Assembly: GCA_011039385.1 (NCBI GenBank)
Contig: DRBO01000023.1
Span: 1 to 47,498, forward strand
Reading direction: 5' to 3'
DNA from: Chloroflexota bacterium
GTDB lineage: Bacteria > Chloroflexota > Anaerolineae > Anaerolineales > UBA11858
Length of the DNA: 47,498 nucleotides
Within the stretch, counting starts at the first letter, position 1. Each line of letters begins with the position of its first letter. This document shows, piece after piece, positions 1 to 8,822 of the stretch. The notes under the pieces were generated by a model, which saw only the letters and a list, made by a program, of their open reading frames with translations, was not told where the DNA came from and made no database searches. The position numbers were made by a program, and so were the translations under genes.

Positions 1-2
1 GA

Positions 3-290
3 TGGATTATGAGATAGGGGATGAGAACAATTTTCTGTGCCACTGATATTATGGCTCTCGCTGCATTGCAATACGTTCGGCTTGCTGATTGATCCCCTTA
101 AGGGGATATTAACATTACCGGTTATAGGGGTACTTATTGGTTAGACGCGGTAGCTCGAAAACCTACTGCGGTCGACGGACACCTCGGTCAAATTGGCATT
201 ACTGTAGTGGGCTTTTTCCTAAACGACATGATTGGTACGGCGATAATCTATCCTACGTCACGGATTGAATATACCGTAAAGGAGAGGTAG
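3..290 (+). pseudogene. Degenerate LacI/GalR-type sugar-binding (Peripla_BP_3-like) C-terminal domain remnant
   Basis: Frame 3 reads WIMR*GMRTIFCATDIMALAALQYVRLAD*SP*GDINITGYRG...RKPTAVDGHLGQIGITVVGFFLNDM...ER*. This matches the LacI pattern AIFCxNDxMALGAL...P.DISIxGYD...PLTTVxQPxxxIG. In-frame stops are at 15-17, 90-92 and 99-101, and the 5' part lies outside the window. Confidence 0.65.
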
Positions 291-444
291 CAGATCAGCT
301 GATCGAGAACTTTCCGCCAGGAAAGTTCTCAGCACTATACCACAGACACCATTTATGAACCGGATAACAGACGCACCCTAGATGACTGCACGGTATCTTT
401 ACATTTGGCTTGCATAACACAGGAGATCCAGGAGGCAGAACAAG

Positions 445-1464
445 ATGATGTCGGACTACAAACAATCACTCACCGAACTTGCAATGATGGCAAAGAAAGC
501 AATGATCATGGGAGTTGGGGGTGGAGGAGATGTGATCCTAGGAGTGCCCCTCGGAAACTACCTGAGGCTGCTTGGCACCGATAAAATTTATCTAGGTGGA
601 GTGAGTTCACAATGGTGGAACCCTGCAGGGGGAAGTCATCTCGAAAACTTCGTGTTAGCACCACTTGTCTATGATGTAGCTCAATTAGAAAATGCAGAAT
701 TATTGCAGCCCATGCTGTCCCATGTCAATCCTGGATCCACTTTCGATGGGAATCGTCCGGCAGAAGCTGCAGTGAGCGCAGTTGTGCCCTGGGACATACT
801 TATTGGCGGATTATCCGATGGAGTGGTTGGTTTGCGTGATAGCTTAAACGAGTTCATCAAAGAGGAAGGAATTGATCTATTTATCGGAGCAGATATCGGG
901 GCCCATTCCTTCCATGATGGAAAGGAGACCAGCCCCCCATTTACCACGCTCGTCTCCTTAATGTCACTCAGCGCGATGATCCAGCTGAATTGCCCCACAG
1001 TCTATGGGTTTGCTGGCTATACAGTCGATGCTGAAATGGAAATAGAGGAACTGGATGAAAGAGTGGGTCGGATTATGCAGGCAGGCGGTTTCCTGGGAGC
1101 CTATGGTCTCACACAGAAAGATGTTCACGACTATTTGAAAGCCTGCGAAGCTTTTCCGGATCCAATTGAGCCCTTAGTGGCCCGGGCGGCACAAGGAGAT
1201 TTAGGATTGAAACAAGTCCCGGTCATCAGTCCCTGGGGGCGCAGGGCTTACCTCACACCGCTCTCGGCGATTTACCTTTTCTTGGATCCGAAGATCATGG
1301 TTGAGGCTGTTTCCACCTGCGTGAAAGCGCTGATGGATACCAAATCTATGGAAGAGGCGGAATCGATCTACCATGAAGTCGTGGGGCTTTTTCCCGAGAC
1401 CTGGGCACCACGTGTCATTAACTATGTAGGCAAGAGAGGGTCTGCTAATCTGCATCAGGAGTAG
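445..1464 (+). CDS. DUF1152 domain protein (divergent)
   Basis: N-terminal GVGGGGDV glycine-rich motif and later GYTVDAEM and GGFLGAYG segments typical of DUF1152. AGGAGG lies upstream. Confidence 0.75.
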   Translation: MMSDYKQSLTELAMMAKKAMIMGVGGGGDVILGVPLGNYLRLLGTDKIYLGGVSSQWWNPAGGSHLENFVLAPLVYDVAQLENAELLQPMLSHVNPGSTFDGNRPAEAAVSAVVPWDILIGGLSDGVVGLRDSLNEFIKEEGIDLFIGADIGAHSFHDGKETSPPFTTLVSLMSLSAMIQLNCPTVYGFAGYTVDAEMEIEELDERVGRIMQAGGFLGAYGLTQKDVHDYLKACEAFPDPIEPLVARAAQGDLGLKQVPVISPWGRRAYLTPLSAIYLFLDPKIMVEAVSTCVKALMDTKSMEEAESIYHEVVGLFPETWAPRVINYVGKRGSANLHQE

Positions 1465-1732
1465 GCTTGATTCGTGCAGCCTGATGATGGCATCTGAATA
1501 TCCTGGCCATTCAAAATGGGACAGGATATGGAATCCTCAGCCATCCAGACGACCAGCACCTCAGGATATTCCAACTGTTAGATGCAACTCTATAAGTAAA
1601 TTTCAAGGTTGTTTTGGATGCGGCTAGCGCATCTCGCCACATCTGAAGAGCGAAGGAGGTGGAATAAGGAAGTCAAACTAGTCAGAATAAATACCTCGCC
1701 AATCATGTTTAGTTCCTACTGAGGAGGATAGA

Positions 1733-2788
1733 ATGAAAAAGAATGCAATGCTAGTACTCTTTCTACTGGTTGTGGTCATGATCATGCCGGCTTGCCAGCC
1801 TTCAACCACTGAAGCCCCAGGAGAAGTCCAGGAAGTTGAGGATGAACCGGTCGTTGACGCATCGGACATGTCCTTTGCGATGGTGACCGACCAGGCCGGA
1901 CTGGGTGACCAGGCCTTCAACGATGCAACCTGGGAAGGTTTCACAGCCCTGAACGAGGATTACGGCGTTCAGGTCAAGGTTGTTGAGACCAATGAGCAGG
2001 CCCAGTATGTGCCCAATCTCAGCACGTTGGCCGAGCAGGGCGAAGACCTGATCGTGGGTGTTGGCTTCCTGCTGAAAGATGCTGTCAATGAGGTTGCCCC
2101 GCTCTACCCGGACATCCATTTTGCCCTGATCGATAACTTCGTGGATCAGCCCAATGTGGCTAGTATCCAGTTCGCCGAGAACGAAGGAGCCTACCTGATG
2201 GGCGCCATCGCTGCCTATATGACGGAAACCGGCAAAGTGGGATTCGTTGGCGGGATGGAGACCGATGTGGTCAAGAAGTTCGAAGCTGGCTATCGGGCTG
2301 GCGTGATGACAGTGGATCCGGACATGGAAGTGCTGGTATCCTACGCGGGTGCGTTCAATGATCCTGCCAAGGGCAAGGAGCTGGCGCTGGCGCAGTATGA
2401 CCAGGGAGCGGACGTGGTCTTCCAGGTGGCCGGCTTTACAGGCACGGGTGTGATCGATGCTGCTGTTGAGCGCGACCAGATGGTCATTGGTGTGGACCGG
2501 GATCAGAACTACCTGGCTCCAGACAACGTGATCAGCTCGATGATGAAGGGACTTGGCGCGGGCGTTTACGACGTCGGCCAGATGATCATCAACGGTGAGT
2601 TCCAGGGTGGTTCCTACCGCTATGGGATCAAGGAGGGAGGCATTGACTATGCTCCCAGCACGTCCAAGAATGTCCCGGCGGATATCATGACCAAAATCGA
2701 TCAGCTAAAACAGATGATCGTGGACGGCGAGATTGCTCCACCAGCAACTCTGGAGGAGCTGGAATCCTTCACCCCGCCTGAAATCTAA
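1733..2788 (+). CDS. BMP/PnrA-family ABC transporter substrate-binding lipoprotein (purine nucleoside-type)
   Basis: Signal peptide with lipobox-like MPAC. Motifs GLGDQAFND, GKVGFVGG, FNDPAKGKELA and IGVDRDQ. SD GAGGAGG. Confidence 0.93.
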   Translation: MKKNAMLVLFLLVVVMIMPACQPSTTEAPGEVQEVEDEPVVDASDMSFAMVTDQAGLGDQAFNDATWEGFTALNEDYGVQVKVVETNEQAQYVPNLSTLAEQGEDLIVGVGFLLKDAVNEVAPLYPDIHFALIDNFVDQPNVASIQFAENEGAYLMGAIAAYMTETGKVGFVGGMETDVVKKFEAGYRAGVMTVDPDMEVLVSYAGAFNDPAKGKELALAQYDQGADVVFQVAGFTGTGVIDAAVERDQMVIGVDRDQNYLAPDNVISSMMKGLGAGVYDVGQMIINGEFQGGSYRYGIKEGGIDYAPSTSKNVPADIMTKIDQLKQMIVDGEIAPPATLEELESFTPPEI

Positions 2789-2821
2789 GACAGACCAAAT
2801 GCAGAATTAAGATAAGCCTTA

Positions 2822-2856
2822 AAGGGCTGGAGATAGGATTCCCTTCTCCAGCCCTT
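2822..2856 (+). terminator. Intercistronic stem-loop after the substrate-binding protein gene (partial terminator or mRNA stabiliser)
   Basis: Perfect 12-bp inverted repeat AAGGGCTGGAGA (2822-2833) / TCTCCAGCCCTT (2845-2856), with no long U-tract. Confidence 0.65.
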
Positions 2857-2926
2857 CAGAAGCATTAGGAAGGCCTCTAGGCTCAATTGACCATTTTATC
2901 TCTCAAGAAAGGAGAACACTTTTCCT

Positions 2927-4438
2927 ATGTATCTTGAAATGAAAAATATCGTCAGGAGATTCCCGGGAGTTCTGGCTAATGATCATATTTGCCTGGAGAT
3001 CGAAAAGGGTGAGATCCACGGCTTGCTGGGAGAAAATGGGGCTGGAAAGACTACCCTAATGAATGTTCTCTGCGGGCTGGCGAGACCCGACGAAGGTGAA
3101 ATCCTAATTGACGGTATGAAAGTTGAGTTTGGAAACTGCCTGGATGCCATTAAATGCGGTATCGGTATGGTTCACCAACACTTTATGCTGGTGCCAGTCT
3201 TCACGGTCACGGAAAATTTCATCCTCGGCAATGAACCTCGTAAAGGAGCCAGAATCGACACTGCCAGGGCCAGAGAGATGGTTCTTGAGCTCTCTGAAAA
3301 ACATGGCCTGAAAGTGGACCCGGATGCTCTGATCAAAGATATTTCTGTTGGCATGCAGCAGAGGGTCGAGATCCTGAAAGCCCTCTCCCGCGGAGCCGAG
3401 CTCATGATCCTGGATGAACCAACTGCGGTCCTTACTCCCCAGGAAGTTGAGGATTTATATCGAATCATGCGGTCCCTGCAGGAAGCAGGTCACACAATTA
3501 TTTTTATCACCCACAAACTCCAGGAGATCAAAGAGATAACCGACCGGGTGACCGTCCTGCGCGACGGACGCGTTGTTGGTATCGTCAGGACCAAGGATGT
3601 CGAACAGGTCGAGCTTGCCCGGATGATGGTCGGCAGGGATGTGGTCTTGAGAGTAGAGAAAGACCAGCATGCTCCTGGTGAGGTAATGATGTCCGTAAAG
3701 GATCTCAGGGCCAATGATTCCAGGGGGCTAACGAAATTGAAGGATATTACTTTTGATGTGCGGGCGGGCGAGATCGTCGGCATCGCGGGAGTTGCAGGAA
3801 ATGGTCAGGAAGAATTGGTTGAAGTACTCACTGGATTAAGAAAACAAGAAAGTGGATCGATCACATTAGACATGCAGGATATCAGCCAGTTGAACCCGCG
3901 GGAGCGTATGTACGCCGGCTTGGCACACATTCCCCAGGACAGGCAGCGGCGAGGACTGGTAATGAATTTTTCATTGGTGGACAATTTTCTGCTGGGTTAT
4001 GAGGATTTAAAGCCTTTTGCGCGTGGACCGATGCTGGATTATCGGGAAGCGGAGAAATTTGCCTCCAAACTAATCAAGATGTTCGATGTGCGCACGCCAG
4101 GATCCCAGATCCTGGCCAGAACCTTGTCTGGCGGGAACCAGCAGAAAGCCATATTGGCCCGGGAATTTCAGCGAGATCCCAAACTTCTGATCGCTGCCCA
4201 ACCTACCCGGGGGTTGGATGTGGCGGCAATCGAATTCATCCATAATGAATTGATAAAATTCCGTGACCAGGACAAGGCAGTCCTATTGATTTCTATGGAA
4301 CTGACAGAAATCCTCGACCTGTCAGACCGTATCTTGGTGATCTATGAAGGTGAAATAGTAGGCGAATTTAAGTCAGGCCAGGCTACTCCGGAGCAGCTTG
4401 GCTTATTAATGGCTGGAAGCAAGAAAGGGCAGATGTAA
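2927..4438 (+). CDS. CUT2-family nucleoside ABC transporter ATP-binding protein (two ABC domains)
   Basis: Walker A GENGAGKT, ILDEPT, ITHKL, second-domain LSGGNQQK and QPTRGLDV. Confidence 0.95.
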   Translation: MYLEMKNIVRRFPGVLANDHICLEIEKGEIHGLLGENGAGKTTLMNVLCGLARPDEGEILIDGMKVEFGNCLDAIKCGIGMVHQHFMLVPVFTVTENFILGNEPRKGARIDTARAREMVLELSEKHGLKVDPDALIKDISVGMQQRVEILKALSRGAELMILDEPTAVLTPQEVEDLYRIMRSLQEAGHTIIFITHKLQEIKEITDRVTVLRDGRVVGIVRTKDVEQVELARMMVGRDVVLRVEKDQHAPGEVMMSVKDLRANDSRGLTKLKDITFDVRAGEIVGIAGVAGNGQEELVEVLTGLRKQESGSITLDMQDISQLNPRERMYAGLAHIPQDRQRRGLVMNFSLVDNFLLGYEDLKPFARGPMLDYREAEKFASKLIKMFDVRTPGSQILARTLSGGNQQKAILAREFQRDPKLLIAAQPTRGLDVAAIEFIHNELIKFRDQDKAVLLISMELTEILDLSDRILVIYEGEIVGEFKSGQATPEQLGLLMAGSKKGQM

Positions 4439-4471
4439 AAGGCCCAGAATTATGAAAGGCGGTAAACCATT

Positions 4472-5554
4472 ATGGAAAATGAAAAGAACAGAAAAACATC
4501 GCCGTTATTGGCCCTAATCAGCCCTACCCAGTTTATATTGGGAGTCCTGCTGGCATTTATTGCCGGTGCTGTATTCTTGTGGGTCTTCGGGGAAAGTCCA
4601 GCCGATGCGTACGGAGCCCTCTTCAAAGGGGCTTTCAGCTCCAAACGTTATTTCGCGGAGACACTCCTTTCCACCACTCCGCTTATCTTTGGCGGATTGG
4701 CTGTGGCGCTGGGTTTTCGCTGCGGCCTTTTTAATATGGGCGTGGAAGGCCAGATAGTATTGGGGGGCATGGCTGCGGCTTACGTTGGGTATGCCTGGGA
4801 GCTGCCCTTGTTGATCCACCTTCCTCTGGCGTTACTGGCTGGTGCGGTGGCAGGCGGGATTTGGGGAGCCATTCCAGGATACCTGAAAGCGAAACACAGG
4901 ATCCACGAGGTGATCACCACCATCATGCTCAACTATATTGTCTTTCAGGTGGCGGCCTACATGATTGCTGTGGGTGGTCCCATGAAAGCGGATAATGAAC
5001 TTCCGGTTTCCCCTGATGTTCTGCCAACTGCGCAGCTGGCGAGAATCTGGGAAGGGACGCGCCTGAGCGGCGGCATTTTCATTGCCCTGATCTTTGCGGT
5101 TCTGGTTTGGGTATTCCTGTTCAAGACCCGCCTTGGATATAAGATGAGGGCTGTGGGATTGAATTCCAGCGCGGCTGAATTCGCCGGTATCAAACCGGGG
5201 AGGATGATGGTCTGGGCAATGTTCTTAAGTGGAGCTCTGGGAGGGCTGGCTGGTGCCGTGGAAGTGCTGGGGGTGCACTACAAATTCTACTCAACTTTTT
5301 CCCCTGGGTACGGCTGGGATGCGATAGCTGTTGCCTTATTAGGGTTGAATCACCCGGTAGGCGTAGTCGCTTCTGCCTTTTTATTCGGCGTGCTTCGGAG
5401 CGGCTCGATCACCATGCAAGCCATAGCCCAGATCAGCAAGGACATTGTCTTGATCCTCTCCGCGCTGATAATCTTTTTCACTGCCACGAATCAAACCCTT
5501 CGTCCAATCCTGGAACGTTTAACGCTGCGGCTGGACACGAGAAGGGCCAAGTAG
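4472..5554 (+). CDS. Nucleoside ABC transporter permease
   Basis: Multiple TM helices; FNMGVEGQ, EVITTIMLNY and GYGWDAIAVALLG motifs. Confidence 0.93.
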   Translation: MENEKNRKTSPLLALISPTQFILGVLLAFIAGAVFLWVFGESPADAYGALFKGAFSSKRYFAETLLSTTPLIFGGLAVALGFRCGLFNMGVEGQIVLGGMAAAYVGYAWELPLLIHLPLALLAGAVAGGIWGAIPGYLKAKHRIHEVITTIMLNYIVFQVAAYMIAVGGPMKADNELPVSPDVLPTAQLARIWEGTRLSGGIFIALIFAVLVWVFLFKTRLGYKMRAVGLNSSAAEFAGIKPGRMMVWAMFLSGALGGLAGAVEVLGVHYKFYSTFSPGYGWDAIAVALLGLNHPVGVVASAFLFGVLRSGSITMQAIAQISKDIVLILSALIIFFTATNQTLRPILERLTLRLDTRRAK

Positions 5555-5565
5555 GAGAAGATCTC

Positions 5566-6498
5566 ATGGAAGTCTGGTCCAATGTTTTTTCATTAGCCTT
5601 ATTTACAGCAACAATCCGTTCAGCGACTCCCATCCTGTTTCCTGCCCTGGCGGGGATTTTCTCCGAGCGATCCGGCGTTCTCAATATCGCCCTGGAAGGC
5701 ATCATGCTCATCAGTGCCTTTGCTGCTGTAGTTGGATCGTATTACACCAACAATGCCTGGCTTGGCGTTTTGTGTGCCGTGATTGCCGGTGTGCTGACCA
5801 GTCTGATCCATGCCTTTATGTGCATCAATTTGCGGGCGGATCAGGCGATCGTTGGAACAGGGATCAACATCCTGGGAGCTGGCCTGCCTAGCTTCTTGCT
5901 GCTGAAGTTGTTCGGTTCCCAGGGTATCTCACCAATTGTAGAGCGCATCCATGAGTGGAGGATTCCCATCCTGGCTGACATCCCGGTTATTGGTCCGATC
6001 CTGGGGGAGCAGAGTCCCCTGGTCTATATTTCCCTGGTGATGGTGCCTGTGAGCTACTTCGTCTTGTTTAAAACCCCCTTTGGATTGAGGTTGAGGTCGG
6101 TGGGTGAGAATCCGCATGCCTCGGAGACAGTGGGGGTCAGCGTCTTCCGATTTCGCTATCTGGGTGTGATTATCAGTGGCGTACTGGCGGCGCTGGGAGG
6201 AGCCTTCCTGTCTGTCTCCTACCTGGCTCAGTTTGTTAAGCTGATGACGGCCGGCCGGGGATTCATCGGCCTGGCTGCAATGATCTTTGGGCGCTGGAAT
6301 CCCTGGGGCGCATTGTTTGCCTGTTTGCTGTTTGGCTTTGCAGATGCGCTGCAAGCTGCCGCCCAGGCTTCCAATGTTCCCATCGCGCCGCAGTTTTTGC
6401 GCATGCTGCCTTACGTCCTAACAATCATAGCCCTGGTTGGTGCGATGGGCCGGGCCAACCCCCCAGCCTTCGTTGCCAAACCTTACGAGAAGGCCTAG
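5566..6498 (+). CDS. Nucleoside ABC transporter permease
   Basis: SERSGVLNIALEG, GLRLRSVGENP, AGRGFIGLAAMIFGRW and LPYVLT motifs. Confidence 0.93.
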   Translation: MEVWSNVFSLALFTATIRSATPILFPALAGIFSERSGVLNIALEGIMLISAFAAVVGSYYTNNAWLGVLCAVIAGVLTSLIHAFMCINLRADQAIVGTGINILGAGLPSFLLLKLFGSQGISPIVERIHEWRIPILADIPVIGPILGEQSPLVYISLVMVPVSYFVLFKTPFGLRLRSVGENPHASETVGVSVFRFRYLGVIISGVLAALGGAFLSVSYLAQFVKLMTAGRGFIGLAAMIFGRWNPWGALFACLLFGFADALQAAAQASNVPIAPQFLRMLPYVLTIIALVGAMGRANPPAFVAKPYEKA

Positions 6499-6729
6499 GG
6501 ATCGACCGTAGAGGAAACCGGATATTCATTTCTGCGAGAAGCACCGGGCCGGCTCATAGACAATTGCCCTCGGTGAGACCTGATTGTCGACTCTCATAGC
6601 CCATTACCAGACCCAGCAGGAGCGCCGGGAAGTAAATGATAAGGCGAACATACCCCGGTATTCAAGCGATACTGCACCGGGGTCAATTCCAGTTTTCAAG
6701 CTTAAACTGTCCACTTTGAATTTTAAATA

Positions 6730-6761
6730 ACACCAATTTCAAATGACACCAATTTCAAATG
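6730..6761. repeat. Perfect 16-bp tandem duplication ACACCAATTTCAAATG x2
   Basis: Copies at 6730-6745 and 6746-6761, directly upstream of the -35 element at 6764. Confidence 0.9.
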
Positions 6762-6763
6762 AC

Positions 6764-6792
6764 TTGACAAAAGAAGAAAAATTTGCAATAAT
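6764..6792 (+). promoter_or_regulatory. Sigma70-type promoter for the gntR operon
   Basis: TTGACA (6764-6769), 17-bp spacer, AATAAT (6787-6792) preceded by TG. Confidence 0.7.
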
Positions 6793-6795
6793 GAA

Positions 6796-6819
6796 ATTGT
6801 CATAATACACTATTACAAT
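6796..6819. promoter_or_regulatory. YtrA-subfamily GntR operator
   Basis: Palindrome ATTGTCATA-atacac-TATTACAAT (8/9 symmetric). It fits the YtrA consensus GTNNTA-N(0-3)-TA-N(0-3)-TANNAC and overlaps the predicted transcription start. Confidence 0.8.
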
Positions 6820-6827
6820 AGGAGAAT

Positions 6828-7223
6828 ATGAATATTAATATAGATCCTGAAAGTAGTGTACCGATATATATCCAAATCGAGGATAGCATACACTCTTTGA
6901 TTGCTGCCGGTCAAATGCATCCGGGAGAGCAGCTCCCAACGATACGGGAACTAGCGGCAGACATCCGGGTCAACCTGAACACCGTTGCCAGGGCTTATTT
7001 CGAGCTTGATCGGGAAGGGGTGATTTCAACACAGCGGGGCAGGGGAACTTTTGTCAGCGGAGTTCCAGATGAAAAACAGATTGCCCTCAAACGGCAGAAG
7101 CTGCTGTATTCTATTATTGAATCCGCCTTGGAGGAGGCTCGCCGCCTGGGGTATTCGACGGAAGAGATCAAAAACGTTTTCAATGATGAATTAGACAGGT
7201 GCGATAAGAAGAATGGGAAATAG
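6828..7223 (+). CDS. GntR family transcriptional regulator, YtrA subfamily
   Basis: PIYIQI...LPTIRELA...VNLNTVARAYFEL...RGRGTFV winged HTH, with the short C-terminal domain characteristic of YtrA (131 aa). Confidence 0.93.
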   Translation: MNINIDPESSVPIYIQIEDSIHSLIAAGQMHPGEQLPTIRELAADIRVNLNTVARAYFELDREGVISTQRGRGTFVSGVPDEKQIALKRQKLLYSIIESALEEARRLGYSTEEIKNVFNDELDRCDKKNGK

Positions 7224-7250
7224 TTTATCTATTATGGAGGAGGAGCGAAA

Positions 7251-8204
7251 ATGGTCATCAAACCGACAGGAACAAATTTCAATTTCCAAACAAAATCAGA
7301 GAGTCAAGTTAACGGAGTAGCGGTATTTATTTTTATCCTGCTGATGCTGATTTCGTCAGGAGCAGCGGTCTGGATGGCTTTGGAGCGGGTCAGGGTACTC
7401 TGGATTGGGCTTGAGCTGCTGGGCCTGAACATCATTGGCCTCTACGTGCTGCTCGCTTTCAAAGTGGCAGAGCAGTGGGAAAAAGCAATCTTGTTACGCC
7501 TGGGGCGTTTTGTAAGCTTAAAAGGCCCCGGCCCGTTCTGGATCATTCCCATTGTCGATACTATCCCAGCCTGGATTGACCACAGGGTAATGGTGACCTC
7601 GTTTACAGCCGAGCGGACATTAACTAAAGATACTGTCCCGGTGGATGTGGATGCGGTGCTTTTCTGGGTGGTTTGGGATGCTGAAAAAGCTGCCCTGGAA
7701 GTGGAAGACTACCGGGCGGCGATATCCTGGGCGGCCCAAACTGCTCTGCGGGAGATCATTGGCCAGATGGAGCTCGCTGATATCCTGGTTGGTAGAGCCC
7801 GGATGGACGCCGAATTGCAGCACATCATTGATGAAAGGACCACGCCCTGGGGGATTACAGTCCAATCGGTAGAGATCCGGGACGTAGTCATTCCAGGTGC
7901 ACTGGAAGACGCCATGAGCCGCCAGGCCCAGGCTGAAAGGGAGCGCCAGGCCAGGGTGATCCTGGGTGAGAGTGAAGAGCAAATTGCTGCTTCCTTCGCC
8001 AAAGCGGCGGAAGCTTACCGGAACAATCCGACAGCCCTGCATTTGAGGGCGATGAATATGCTATTCGAAGGCCTGAAAGAGCGCGGAGCGATGGTGATCG
8101 TGCCTTCCAGCGCAGTGGATACCATGAATTTGGGTGGGATAGCTGGCATAACGGCTATGGGCGATATGGCACAGCGTATTGATGAAGCAGAACAAGGAGA
8201 ATAA
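7251..8204 (+). CDS. SPFH/band-7 (stomatin-like, slipin) membrane protein
   Basis: Two N-terminal TM segments; LRLGRF..KGPG, TLTKDTVPVDVDAV, AQTALREIIG and QAQAERERQA motifs. Confidence 0.92.
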   Translation: MVIKPTGTNFNFQTKSESQVNGVAVFIFILLMLISSGAAVWMALERVRVLWIGLELLGLNIIGLYVLLAFKVAEQWEKAILLRLGRFVSLKGPGPFWIIPIVDTIPAWIDHRVMVTSFTAERTLTKDTVPVDVDAVLFWVVWDAEKAALEVEDYRAAISWAAQTALREIIGQMELADILVGRARMDAELQHIIDERTTPWGITVQSVEIRDVVIPGALEDAMSRQAQAERERQARVILGESEEQIAASFAKAAEAYRNNPTALHLRAMNMLFEGLKERGAMVIVPSSAVDTMNLGGIAGITAMGDMAQRIDEAEQGE

Positions 8205-8205
8205 A

Positions 8206-8709
8206 TTGACGGATCAAGCCGAACTGAAAGCAGATGTAATTGAGATAACAGTCAGCGGCACTTTTAAGACCGAACACGTCTTCAATACCCCGGATGGCAT
8301 TCTGGGGGCCCTGACGATTAAGGGCAGCAAAGGGGAGGGAAGTTTTCTTGGCTCTGATGATGCTGTACTGGATTTTAAGAAACCCAGTGTCTGGAAAAGC
8401 CAATATGAACTTCAGGAAGGAAACATCACAATTGCCAAGGCGCATCCTCCTAAAAAATTAAAGCGGGCCTTCGAAATAGATTTCGAAGGAGAGATTTTCA
8501 ATCTTTCTCCTGGTGGCAGCAAAATGCGCAGCTGGACGTTAAAGAATTCGCAGGGTCAAGCGATATGCGAGATCCTCCCCCGGGGTGGCTTGAAACGTGG
8601 GGCTTACATCAAGATCGGGGCAGAGATCCCGCTGAAATTGCTTGTCTTCAGTTACTGTCTGGTGGTAAAACGCTGGCAGGAAGAATCAGCTGTTGCTGCG
8701 GCTTCATAA
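8206..8709 (+). CDS. Hypothetical beta-rich protein, possibly LURP-one/Tubby C-terminal-like
   Basis: Start moved to TTG 8206 (AGGAGA SD at 8195-8200). Repeated beta-hairpins with K/R-G-x-W/F turns and a single C-terminal hydrophobic helix. Confidence 0.6.
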   Translation: MTDQAELKADVIEITVSGTFKTEHVFNTPDGILGALTIKGSKGEGSFLGSDDAVLDFKKPSVWKSQYELQEGNITIAKAHPPKKLKRAFEIDFEGEIFNLSPGGSKMRSWTLKNSQGQAICEILPRGGLKRGAYIKIGAEIPLKLLVFSYCLVVKRWQEESAVAAAS

Positions 8710-8730
8710 CAACTTGTTTGAAGGGAATAG

Positions 8731-8768
8731 AATTGGCTGTATCCTCTGGGGCACAGCCAATTTTTTTT
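8731..8768 (+). terminator. Rho-independent terminator of the gntR-SPFH operon
   Basis: AATTGGCTGT...ACAGCCAATT stem followed by a T run to 8768. Confidence 0.85.
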
Positions 8769-8822
8769 ACATTACAATATGGGTATCTCACTAGAGACCA
8801 GGTTTCATTTCCAAGGAGACCC

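Noticed and set aside
6554-6661. Minus-strand fragment IPGYVRLIIYFPALLLGLVMGYESRQSG, reminiscent of a CPBP/Abi membrane protease helix
   Set aside because: Only 35 codons stop-to-stop with no catalytic motif; too short to support.
8565-8822. N-terminal extension of the Fe-S protein ORF
   Set aside because: It overlaps the previous gene and a clear terminator; ATG 8823 has a good SD.
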